Origin: Candidatus Multivoradales bacterium
GTDB lineage: Bacteria; Acidobacteriota; Thermoanaerobaculia; Multivoradales; JAHEKO01
Assembly (NCBI GenBank): GCA_965223155.1
Contig: CBDCVR010000013.1
Coordinates: 918,659 to 982,658, forward strand
Direction of reading: 5' to 3'
Length of the DNA: 64,000 bases
The notes under the pieces: generated by a model
The model's database searches: none
Told to the model about the DNA's origin: nothing
What the model saw: the letters and a program-made list of their open reading frames with translations, nothing else
Position numbers and translations under genes: made by a program
Part shown: in pieces, positions 53,500-62,002 of the stretch
Layout: each line of letters opens with the position of its first letter
Numbering within the stretch: position 1 is the stretch's first letter

Positions 53500-55175
53500 T
53501 GGGCGTCGAAGCGGCGCACGAAGTCCGACTCACGCACCCCTCCTTTCGCCCGGATGACTGCCACCAGGTCGCGCTTGTCGATATCGGGCCAGCGGTCGAC
53601 GCCCGGGACCACGCTTACCAGTGGCGCCCACCGACTCCAAGCGGAGCGCTCGGCCGCCGGCCAGCGCCGGCGAGAGCCGGCACCCAGCAGCTCTGCGGTC
53701 CGCTCAGCGCACTCGCGCAGACCCCGCTCCCGATCGGCACCGTAGCGCTCGGCCAGAAAGCGCCCGATAGCGAATCCGACCGCCTCGCGTGAGAAGCCGC
53801 TCAAGCTCTGCCGGCGCGGGCGGCCCAAGTCCAGGACCATCTCGGCCGACGCCAGGCGCGCCAGAGTGGCTCGGCTCGACCGGTAACTCGAGCGCCGAGC
53901 CAGCCGCCCAGTCTCTCGATCGGCAAGCTCTTGGACCTCCTGGTCCCGGGGGCGAAAGCCGAGCTTGTAGTAGAACCACCAGGCCCCGGAGTCGAGCGCC
54001 TCGGGATTCCCGTCGCCCAGTTGGTAGGTCTCGATGACGAAGCTGTCGGCGCCAAAGGTTTCCCGCACCATCGCCAGCCCGCGCCCGTAGACGTAAGCGG
54101 CCTCGGCGCCCCGAAACGTCGGGAAGACGTTGAACGCCACCACCGCCGAGCGGAAGAGAGCGCTCGACAGGAAGTACCCGATCGGCATTCCGTTCTTGAG
54201 GATCAAGAAACCGTAGACCGCGTCCAGCATCTGCCGTCGATCCGGAACCATGCCGTAGCACGCGAACTGGAGTCCCCGGCCGCAATCCAGCAAACGAAGA
54301 TCTCGCCGGTCGGCATGGATGAAGACATCCAGGTCGCGCTCCCGGGCGATCATCGCCGAGCGCGCGAGCGCCATGAGCCGGCGTCCTTCGGCACCGGTCG
54401 CGGCCCGTGCCGCCCGCGGCGGCCGGCGCACGGCCGAGGCGAAGGCCCGCCGCGAGGTCTCGAGCGGACCTTCCTGGTAGGCGATGTTCGCGCCCGGCCA
54501 GCGTGCCCGGCTGCGGCTAGGCGTCGTCGGCCCAGCCGCGAGCCGGAAGGGGATATCGACCTCCTCGAAGAGCCGCTCGCGCCAGACGGAACTACCCGGC
54601 ATCGCCGCGAACCGCCGCACCAAGAACGATCCGTCGCTCTCGGTCTCGGCCTTGAGCCGATCCAGCCATTCCCGCACCGGCAAGGCGACTTCCTCGAGCG
54701 CCAGCGACTCCGAACTCGACATCAAGAGCGGCAGACGCCGCTCGAGAAGCTCGAGGGAGCGCTCGTCCGTGAACGCTTCCCAGTCGATCGACAACTCACC
54801 CGGCCAGCGCCGCGCCAGAAGCAGCGCCGTGTACCAGAAGAACCGGTAGTCGATCGGAGTCCCGGCGATACCGCTATTGGCCAGCTCTTCCCGGAACCAG
54901 CCGAGATCGTCGCGGCCGGAAAAGCCGTCGAGCATCGACTCCACCTGCCGCAGCATTTCCGCACTGTCGGGATACGCTCGAAGGAAGCACAGCACTTCGT
55001 GCAGGCGAGCGACCAGCCCGGCGCTGCCCAGCCGGCAGCCGGCGAGCGCTTCGAGCAGCCTCAGTTTGCTCGCTGCGGAGGTCCCGCCGTACGTGCGCGC
55101 CAGGCCCTCCAGCCGGCGCAGCCGGTCGGCTGCCGGGCGTGGCCCGAGGTGCTTCCGCTGCCCGGCGCCAGCCAT
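53445..55175 (-). CDS. Large hypothetical protein with a GNAT-like core in its C-terminal half
   Basis: Trimmed to ATG 55175, 10 nt after the upstream stop. The GNAT-like stretch is FLILKNGMPIGYFL...NVFPTFRGAEAAYVYGRGLAMV...GAWWFYYKLGFRP. The N-terminal half is unrecognised. Confidence 0.55.
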   Translation of the reverse strand: MAGAGQRKHLGPRPAADRLRRLEGLARTYGGTSAASKLRLLEALAGCRLGSAGLVARLHEVLCFLRAYPDSAEMLRQVESMLDGFSGRDDLGWFREELANSGIAGTPIDYRFFWYTALLLARRWPGELSIDWEAFTDERSLELLERRLPLLMSSSESLALEEVALPVREWLDRLKAETESDGSFLVRRFAAMPGSSVWRERLFEEVDIPFRLAAGPTTPSRSRARWPGANIAYQEGPLETSRRAFASAVRRPPRAARAATGAEGRRLMALARSAMIARERDLDVFIHADRRDLRLLDCGRGLQFACYGMVPDRRQMLDAVYGFLILKNGMPIGYFLSSALFRSAVVAFNVFPTFRGAEAAYVYGRGLAMVRETFGADSFVIETYQLGDGNPEALDSGAWWFYYKLGFRPRDQEVQELADRETGRLARRSSYRSSRATLARLASAEMVLDLGRPRRQSLSGFSREAVGFAIGRFLAERYGADRERGLRECAERTAELLGAGSRRRWPAAERSAWSRWAPLVSVVPGVDRWPDIDKRDLVAVIRAKGGVRESDFVRRFDAHHRLRRAVWSVSKRSADG

Positions 55176-55185
55176 CACCCAGCGG

Positions 55186-56508
55186 TCAACGGTCCCCGGC
55201 CAGCTCGAACAGCAGAGCGCCCAGGGTCCAACCCACTTTCCGGCCCTGGACCCGAAACGGCGCGTGCACGCGATCGCTGTCGGCAGGGAACCCGAAGACG
55301 TCCTCGAGCAAGGTCGCCGCATAGGCGGCACCGAAGCAATAGCGGGGCACGAACAGATTGTCGGCGACCTCGGGGTCTTCGGCGACCAGATCCTGCCAGC
55401 TGCCGGCGCAGAACTCCCGGCCTCTTTCGCTTAGCGCCTGCGAGTCGATCGCGCCGTCGAGGGCCAGAAAATCGGCCGTGTAGGCGTAGGCCGAGAACGC
55501 CAGGAAGTCGCCATAGAGAGGCGGTTGGTAGACACCGAAGAGCGTGCACGGCTCGTCCTCGCAAGGTTGGGCAAGCGCCTCCCGAATGGCCGTCCGGCAG
55601 TCATCGAAATCGCCGGTGCCGGTCCCCAACCCATCGACCGGGTAGCCGGCTGGAAAGCAGGCGTTCGAAGCCACCGCGTCTCGGGCCACGTCCTGGCCCA
55701 GTCCGAGATAGCTGTGCGAGTAGAGCGGGTAGGTCTTGCCCCCGATCCGAAGCTCCACCAACCCTTGCCGCGGCAGATCGAGAGGCACGAACGTAATCTG
55801 GGTCGAGCCTCCACCCAGGTCGAGCGCGCCGACCGTCGGAAAAGCTCCGCCGTGCTCCAGATGGCCCAACAAGTAGTTGACCGCGAGCCAGCCGAAGATT
55901 CCCTCCTCGGTACCGCTGATCACTCCGGCGGAGCTCGCGCCAAAGGGGCTCTCATCCAGAAGTCCGCTGACCGCGCCGAGGATGGCCGCTTGTTCGTCCT
56001 CGCCCAGCAAACGCAGGCCGGCGGTCGCCCGCAGATAGACCGATGTCCGCGCATGCTCGCCCGCGGGCACGTTCGCGGCGGCGAACTGGAGCAGGGGCAA
56101 GAGCGAGCGCGCCGCTTCGTCGGCCCTGCCCGCGTAGGCAGACAGGCCCGGACGCACCTTGGCTTCCCAGGGCTCGCCGCCGGGAGCGAGCGGATAGGGC
56201 GCCGGCTCGATCCTGGGTAGGAGCTTGCCGGGACGCCACTGGAAGATCTCGAGGCTCGATGCGCTACTCGAGGCGTCGATCACCAGCGCCCACCGCCATG
56301 GCTCCTCCTCTGTCTCCGAAAGCCCCGGCGTGACGACGCCCCAGTCCGCTGCCTCCGGCGCGGGACTTCCCGGCGCCGGACTCTCGGGCGCGGGCAGGCC
56401 CGAACAGCCGAACACCACGGCGGCCACCGCCAGCGCGGCTCCTAGCCGCGCCGGCAGCGCGAACGCGGCCGGCCCGGAACGGCCCTTCGGCCTCACGGTG
56501 CCGCCCAT
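55186..56508 (-). CDS. GDA1/CD39-family nucleoside tri/diphosphatase (NTPDase), lipoprotein
   Basis: Apyrase conserved regions: VIDASSSASS (ACR1), LRATAGLRLL (ACR2), GTEEGIFGWLAVNYLLG (ACR3), LDLGGGSTQITF (ACR4), GWTLGALL (ACR5). Lipobox VVFGC. Start at ATG 56508. Confidence 0.8.
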   Translation of the reverse strand: MGGTVRPKGRSGPAAFALPARLGAALAVAAVVFGCSGLPAPESPAPGSPAPEAADWGVVTPGLSETEEEPWRWALVIDASSSASSLEIFQWRPGKLLPRIEPAPYPLAPGGEPWEAKVRPGLSAYAGRADEAARSLLPLLQFAAANVPAGEHARTSVYLRATAGLRLLGEDEQAAILGAVSGLLDESPFGASSAGVISGTEEGIFGWLAVNYLLGHLEHGGAFPTVGALDLGGGSTQITFVPLDLPRQGLVELRIGGKTYPLYSHSYLGLGQDVARDAVASNACFPAGYPVDGLGTGTGDFDDCRTAIREALAQPCEDEPCTLFGVYQPPLYGDFLAFSAYAYTADFLALDGAIDSQALSERGREFCAGSWQDLVAEDPEVADNLFVPRYCFGAAYAATLLEDVFGFPADSDRVHAPFRVQGRKVGWTLGALLFELAGDR

Positions 56509-56527
56509 CCAGCTCGGCCCGCAAGGG

Positions 56528-57034
56528 CTAGACCCGGACGTAGCGGATCTCCATGGCCTTGAACTCGCCTTCCCCGACATCGAAGTAGGTCACCATCGAG
56601 TGGTGGTCGGCGTCCTCGAGAGTGATCACCGTGCGCTTGGTCATTTCGTCTCCGGTTTGCGGATTCGGCATCTTCCCCACCATCGTCCAAACCGAGCCGG
56701 CCTCGTCGAGGTCGCCGGACTCGAACTGCATCATGGTGGAGGCTGTGTCGATCCAGAAGCCTTCGAACCGCTTGGTGACGTTGTTGTAACCCCAGTAACC
56801 GCGCCCTTCAAAGGCGCCAAACGGACCTTCGGCACCGTCCCCGGTGTAGGTCTGGCGCACGAACCGTCCACCCAGATCGGATTCGTTGACCATCGTGCCC
56901 GTCATCACCATGGGCTCGCCCGGACCCATCCACATCGAGACCTCGGCTCGAAACGTGCCGAGAAAAGGCTCGAGCCTGGCGTGCTCGGGAGTCGTGGCCG
57001 GCTCCGGGCCGTCCTGCTGCGATTCGTCGTCCAT
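56528..57034 (-). CDS. DUF1579 domain-containing protein
   Basis: Trimmed to ATG 57034 after GGAGGA. LEPFLGTFRAEVSMW, GRFVRQTYTG, GYWGYNNVTKRFEGFWIDT. Confidence 0.7.
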   Translation of the reverse strand: MDDESQQDGPEPATTPEHARLEPFLGTFRAEVSMWMGPGEPMVMTGTMVNESDLGGRFVRQTYTGDGAEGPFGAFEGRGYWGYNNVTKRFEGFWIDTASTMMQFESGDLDEAGSVWTMVGKMPNPQTGDEMTKRTVITLEDADHHSMVTYFDVGEGEFKAMEIRYVRV

Positions 57035-57251
57035 CCCAGTTCCTCCAGAATCCCTCAAGAAGCGCGTCCCCAGCGGTTCCTCGATGCGGTCTGCCCCGGT
57101 GAACGCGGGTGGCATTGTGCCATAGGGCCCGCCCCTCCACCCGACCCGCGCGGGTGGGCCGCCGAGGCTTGAAGATGCCGGCAGGCGGGAGCCCGCGGTA
57201 TCGGTCGGCCGGACCCAGCCGCACCCGGCCCTACCCAGAGGATCCGGCGCG

Positions 57252-60119
57252 CTAGCCCGTGTTGCGCATGCCGGCCGAGATCCCCACCAGGCTGACCTTG
57301 ACCGCGTATTCCAGCGGCTCGCGGTCGAAGCCCTGGAGGGGCAAGGCGCGGAGCCTCTTCAGGAGCTCGACCTGCAAGTGCGAGATGGGATCCACGTAGG
57401 GATTGCGGAGCGCGATCGAGCGCGCCAGGGTCGGATCGCCGGCCAGGAGCTCATCCTCCGTAACCCGCCGCACCGCGGCCACCGTGCGATCGAATTCCTC
57501 GAGCACCAGGCCGCCGAGCCGCTCACGGATCTCGGGTTCCGGCACAAGGGTCAGGTAGCTCCGGAAGACCCCCATGTCCGCCTTGGCCAGGCTCATCTGG
57601 GCCAGCTCGATGAGAGAGCGAAAGAAGGCCCACTCCCCGTACATCGCGCGGGCCAGCTCGGGCGGAATCTCGCCCAGGCCGGTACCCAGACCGAACCAGC
57701 CGGGGAGATTCGCACGGCACTGGGTCCACGAGAACACCCAGGGAATCGCCCGCAGGTTGCTCAAGGATGGTTCTCCCGCGCGGCGGGCGGGCCGGGAACC
57801 GATCTCCAGCCGGCTGATCTCGTCGATGGGAGTCACCGCGTGGTAGAAGTCCAGGAACCCTTCCGCCTCCAGCAGATCCCGGTACCGCCGCTCGGCGGCG
57901 GCGGCGGCGCGGTCCACCGCTTGGCGATACTCGTCGGCAACTCGATGCTCGGTCGGCGCGGTCGGCTCGTTCGGTTGGGCGTCCCGGGCCGAGCTCAGCA
58001 GAAAGCCGCAGAGCACCTGCTCCAAGTGCCGGTGGGCGAGATCCGGATCCGAGTAGCGGTCGTTGAGGGCTTCGCCCTGCTCGGTCATGCGCATGCGGCC
58101 GGCAATCGAACCGGGAGGCTGCGCCCGGATGGCGCGGCCGGCCGGGCCGCCTCCCCGGCCGATGGAGGTCCCGCGGCCGTGAAAGATCCTGAGCGGCACA
58201 CCGGCTTCAGCGCACACGCGCGCCACCGCGTCTTGTGCCCGGTACAAGGCCCAGTTCGCGGCCAAGAAGCCGGCATCCTTGTTGGAATCCGAATAGCCGA
58301 TCATGACCTCCTGGAGCCCACGCACGGTCACGTGCTCGCGGTACGCGGGAAGACCGAACAAGGTCCTGAGAATCTCGGGCGCCCGGTCCAGATCCTGGGC
58401 GGTCTCGAAGAGCGGCGCCACGTCGACCTCGGTCAGACCGCCGGCACGCGCCACCAACAGAGCTTCGAGGACGTCGGAAGCGGCCTCGGCCATCGACACC
58501 ACGTAGCTGCCCGTGGCGTCGGGACCGAGCACCGCTCGCACCCGGGCCAGAACCTCGCAGAACGCCAGGGCGTCCCGCGTGTCCGCCTCCAGCCGATCCC
58601 GCCAGGGTCCGGACTCGGCCGGCACGATCGGATCCGCCGCCAGCGTGGCCGCCAGGAGCTCCAGGCGCTGGGCTTCGGCGAGATCGGCATACCGGTCGGT
58701 CACGCCCCAAGCCCGGAAGAGATCGGCAACCGCGGTCTCGTGGCGGCGTGAATGCTCGCGCAGATCGAGCGCCGCCAAATGGCAGCCGAAGGCCGCCGCC
58801 CGCTGCCGGACGGGGCGCACGAACGCGGCCGCGGCGTGCTCGTGGCCGCTCGCCACCAGAGCCTCCTCCAGAAGCTCGAGCCGGCGCCGGTACCGGCCGG
58901 CCCAGTCCTCTCCCTCCGAGTCGGCTCGCTCGAGAGCGCCGTTCTCGAATCCGGTCTCCGAAGCCCGCCAAGGAGCCTCTCCGGCGGTACCCAGGCGCGC
59001 CCGCGCCGCCAGCAGATCCCGATGGGCCACGAACAAGTGCCGCCGGAACGGCTCCTCAGGGAAGCGCTCGGTGCCGCGACCCGTGGCAAACTCGCGCGCC
59101 ACGCCGCGCTCGAGCTCGCCGAGCTCCTCCGACTCGGGCAACCGCGCGCGCCAGTGCGACAGCCTCTGAACCAGCGAGTCCACGTCGGCCAGGTGGCGCT
59201 CGACCGCCAGCTCGGCTTGCAGCCGGTAGGTTTCTGCGGTGACCTCGGGAGTCACGAACGGATTGCCGTCCCGATCGCCGCCGATCCAGGACCGGAAGCG
59301 CAGCACCGGAGGCCGCTCCGAGTCCCGGTCCCGGCCGGTCCGCTCGTTCGGGAAATACGTCTGAAGCGCGCGCTCCAGATCTCCCTGGACCCGCGGCACG
59401 GCAGCCAGGAGCGAGCGGCCGTAGTAGTAGGAGGCGGACTTCACCTCGTCCAGAACGCGAGGCTTGCGCGCGGGTAGCTCGCGCGTGCGCCACAGCGTCG
59501 CCACCTCAGCCCGGATCTCGGCCTCGAGAGTGCGCCGATTCTGGGGTGCCAACTCGGTCTCGCGGAGACGCCGCAGCGAGCGCGCGATCCGTTCCAGCTT
59601 GAGCCGCACCGTATAGCGCTTGACCTCGGTCGGGTGGGCGGTGATCGTGAGTCCCAGGTCTAAGTCCCTGACGAAGGGCTCCAGCCGCTCGCGTGTCCAG
59701 CCCTGCTCCTTCAGCTCCTGGAGCGCCGCAGCAACGGTTTCATCCCGAGGGGCGTCCTCGGACGCCTTGCCCTCTCGGGCGCGATTTACCCGTACCCGGT
59801 GGATCTCCTCGGCAACGTTGATGAGCTGAAACAGAGCTCCAAAGGCTCGGACCAGCCGCTCGGCCTCGGCCAGGCTCATCCCTTCGAGCAAGCCTTCCAG
59901 CTCGGCTCTGCGGGCCGTGTCGTCCGGTGTACCGCGAAGGGCCTTGGTCAGGCCGCGGACCCGCTCCACGAGCTCGAAGAACGCCTCGCCTTCGAGGTCT
60001 CGGAGCACGCGTCCCAGGGTCGACGCCAGAAAGTCCACGTCGCCACGAAGGGCGGCGAAGAGATCCTCGGCGCCGGCGCGGCCGAGCCGGGACGAGAGAG
60101 GCTCCGGGGAAGCGGCCAT
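57252..60119 (-). CDS. ppc: Phosphoenolpyruvate carboxylase
   Basis: 955 aa. TAHPTEVKRYTV, FHGRGTSIGRGGGP, and the C-terminal ISAGMRNTG. Confidence 0.95.
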   Translation of the reverse strand: MAASPEPLSSRLGRAGAEDLFAALRGDVDFLASTLGRVLRDLEGEAFFELVERVRGLTKALRGTPDDTARRAELEGLLEGMSLAEAERLVRAFGALFQLINVAEEIHRVRVNRAREGKASEDAPRDETVAAALQELKEQGWTRERLEPFVRDLDLGLTITAHPTEVKRYTVRLKLERIARSLRRLRETELAPQNRRTLEAEIRAEVATLWRTRELPARKPRVLDEVKSASYYYGRSLLAAVPRVQGDLERALQTYFPNERTGRDRDSERPPVLRFRSWIGGDRDGNPFVTPEVTAETYRLQAELAVERHLADVDSLVQRLSHWRARLPESEELGELERGVAREFATGRGTERFPEEPFRRHLFVAHRDLLAARARLGTAGEAPWRASETGFENGALERADSEGEDWAGRYRRRLELLEEALVASGHEHAAAAFVRPVRQRAAAFGCHLAALDLREHSRRHETAVADLFRAWGVTDRYADLAEAQRLELLAATLAADPIVPAESGPWRDRLEADTRDALAFCEVLARVRAVLGPDATGSYVVSMAEAASDVLEALLVARAGGLTEVDVAPLFETAQDLDRAPEILRTLFGLPAYREHVTVRGLQEVMIGYSDSNKDAGFLAANWALYRAQDAVARVCAEAGVPLRIFHGRGTSIGRGGGPAGRAIRAQPPGSIAGRMRMTEQGEALNDRYSDPDLAHRHLEQVLCGFLLSSARDAQPNEPTAPTEHRVADEYRQAVDRAAAAAERRYRDLLEAEGFLDFYHAVTPIDEISRLEIGSRPARRAGEPSLSNLRAIPWVFSWTQCRANLPGWFGLGTGLGEIPPELARAMYGEWAFFRSLIELAQMSLAKADMGVFRSYLTLVPEPEIRERLGGLVLEEFDRTVAAVRRVTEDELLAGDPTLARSIALRNPYVDPISHLQVELLKRLRALPLQGFDREPLEYAVKVSLVGISAGMRNTG

Positions 60120-60179
60120 CGCGGCATTCTAGCGGCCGTCCCCGCCTCGACATTCCGAGACGGACCGTCCCGAACGAGC

Positions 60180-61787
60180 CTACTCCGAAGCGGCGACCCG
60201 GAACGGATCGGCGGCAAGCTCCCGGCCGATCTTGGTGTTTCGCCTGAGGATCCGGGCCAGCGTCTGACGCTCGACCCAGGCCACCCGGTCGGCGGAAAGC
60301 GCCCGCTGGTACCAGAAGCGATCTCCATCACGCAGGCGTTCGAACTGATCCCGCACGACGTGAAATGCCGTCTCACCCAGAAGCGCTCCCGGCACCGGGT
60401 CCTCGGCCAGCATCCCGACCCACAGATCCACCGCCTCGACGTCCTCGTAGGCCTCCGCCAGGCGTCGCCGGCGCTCGGCGTCGCGGCTTACGTCGGCGAA
60501 GTCTCGTGCCGCCGCCAATCCCAGGTGGCGCCGTGCCTCGTTGTAGGCGGGTAGGCCGTGATCCCGGCCGCGCTGGATGTTGAAAGCGGCGAGATCCAGG
60601 CCGGCTTGGCCGGGTGCGGCGAAGAGGAAGTTCCGAACGCCGTTGACGACCTGCGGATCGATCCGCTCGGCCCGGCGCGCCGCCAGTCCTCGTAGCAAGC
60701 TCTCGAGTCCCGAAGCCACCAGCACCTGAGGCGCGAAGAAGGCATCGCGGAGCTCGATCTCACCGCCGGCCGAGGCACTGCCGTCGGCCTCGATCCGCGC
60801 CAGCCGGGCCGGCAGCATGCTGTGGCCGAAGCGGTAGCAGGCGGTCGAGAAGACGTTGGCGATACCGGGCTCGACGGTGCGGTCGTAGCCGCCGTACTGC
60901 GCCAGGGCATCCGGCCCCAGGAGAGCCGGCAGGAACTCGCGGTAGGTGATCGCCTGGATCTGGGCCGCGACCAGCGCCCTCGCCATCTGATAGCGCTCCT
61001 CCGCGTCCAGACCGCCCGCCCGCCGAAGCCTCCGCACGATGCGATTGTGCTCACGCATGAAGACCGTGTGGAGGGCTGTCAGGATCACGTTCTCATTGGC
61101 CCGGACGTCACCGGCGAGAAACAGCTCCGGACTCCGGTCGGGTGCGTTGGCGAGGCCTTGGCGGTTGCGCGGCAAGAACGGCCCGGCCGGGCTCCGGCTG
61201 GTGCGCAAGAGGTCCCCGCGTCCGCCGCCCCGGCGCAGAGCACGGGCCCGCTCCTCGTCCGAACCGTAGACGTGGGAGGCGTCGATCCAAGCGGTGATCT
61301 GGTTGACCTGCTGGCGGACTCCACGAACTCGGCGATGCACCGAGCGAACGAACGGTAACCTGACGTCGCCGGCGCCTTCCGGGTCGAAGACCGGGTCGCC
61401 CGCCGGCACCGGGATCGGGAACGACTCTCCGGGGTCGGCGGCTCCGGTCAACGAGATGTCGTGATCCAGGAACTGCCCCCAGGCCCACAGGAAGTGGCTG
61501 GCCTGATTCCGGTTGGGCCGAGGCCGACGCTGGTCCGAGCACAAGTTGCTGACCGTTCGCGCCCCCGGCCGGTCCGCTCCCGCGGGGGCGGCGACACCAT
61601 CCGGGTAGCTCGGAGGCAGGAGCCGCACGAGCACGGAGCCCGCGCTACCCCGCTTCGGATGGGCCAGATTGTTGCCTGTTCCGTCGAACGAGCGGATCTC
61701 TTGGGCGGCCGCTGGGATGGCAACGGCAACCCCGGAGACCAAGAGGGCCGATACGGGACGAATCGCGCGTCGCCAGCTCACCGGCAA
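60180..61787 (-). CDS. Secreted animal-type haem peroxidase family protein
   Basis: Signal peptide. FDGTGNN, AWGQFLDHDISLT (distal His), ITAWIDASHVYGS, FLAGDVRANENVILTALHTVFMREHNR (proximal His region). The start is TTG 61787 or GTG 61781. Confidence 0.85.
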   Translation of the reverse strand: MPVSWRRAIRPVSALLVSGVAVAIPAAAQEIRSFDGTGNNLAHPKRGSAGSVLVRLLPPSYPDGVAAPAGADRPGARTVSNLCSDQRRPRPNRNQASHFLWAWGQFLDHDISLTGAADPGESFPIPVPAGDPVFDPEGAGDVRLPFVRSVHRRVRGVRQQVNQITAWIDASHVYGSDEERARALRRGGGRGDLLRTSRSPAGPFLPRNRQGLANAPDRSPELFLAGDVRANENVILTALHTVFMREHNRIVRRLRRAGGLDAEERYQMARALVAAQIQAITYREFLPALLGPDALAQYGGYDRTVEPGIANVFSTACYRFGHSMLPARLARIEADGSASAGGEIELRDAFFAPQVLVASGLESLLRGLAARRAERIDPQVVNGVRNFLFAAPGQAGLDLAAFNIQRGRDHGLPAYNEARRHLGLAAARDFADVSRDAERRRRLAEAYEDVEAVDLWVGMLAEDPVPGALLGETAFHVVRDQFERLRDGDRFWYQRALSADRVAWVERQTLARILRRNTKIGRELAADPFRVAASE

Positions 61788-62002
61788 AGCCTATCGCCAC
61801 CGACACGCTTCCGGTACCGCCCGGGACCCTTGGCAACCACCTCGCCGGCGCCTGGGCGAGGCCGTGTCCAGCGGGACGGACCGCGGCACTTGCCCGAACA
61901 GCAATCGCTGTTCGAGGTGCAGGAGTCGCCCTTCTGGCCCAGGTCGCAACCGCCTCCGGAGTCGCAGCCATAGAGCTCGCAGATGCCTGCGTCGTCGTCG
62001 GC
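61778..62002 (-). other. 74-codon Cys-rich (knottin-like) reading frame lacking its own canonical start, in frame after the MBL gene TAG
   Basis: My own translation gives ADDDAGICELYGCDSGGGCDLGQKGDSCTSNSDCCSGKCRGPSRW...RLCR*. The segment GGGCDLGQKGDSCTSNSDCCSGKCRG aligns to the S8 protease tail GGGCTLLPKGASCSSDSECCSGACKG. Its TGA (61778-61780) overlaps the peroxidase GTG as GTGA. Confidence 0.5.

Noticed and set aside
53931-55796. 621-aa plus-strand ORF
   Set aside because: It is antisense to the GNAT-like protein and the NTPDase, which both have recognisable motifs. It is Arg/Pro-rich.
57116-57251. Hairpin CCACCCG-N7-CGGGTGG downstream of ppc as a terminator
   Set aside because: No U-tract follows on the minus-strand transcript. 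This is too weak to call.
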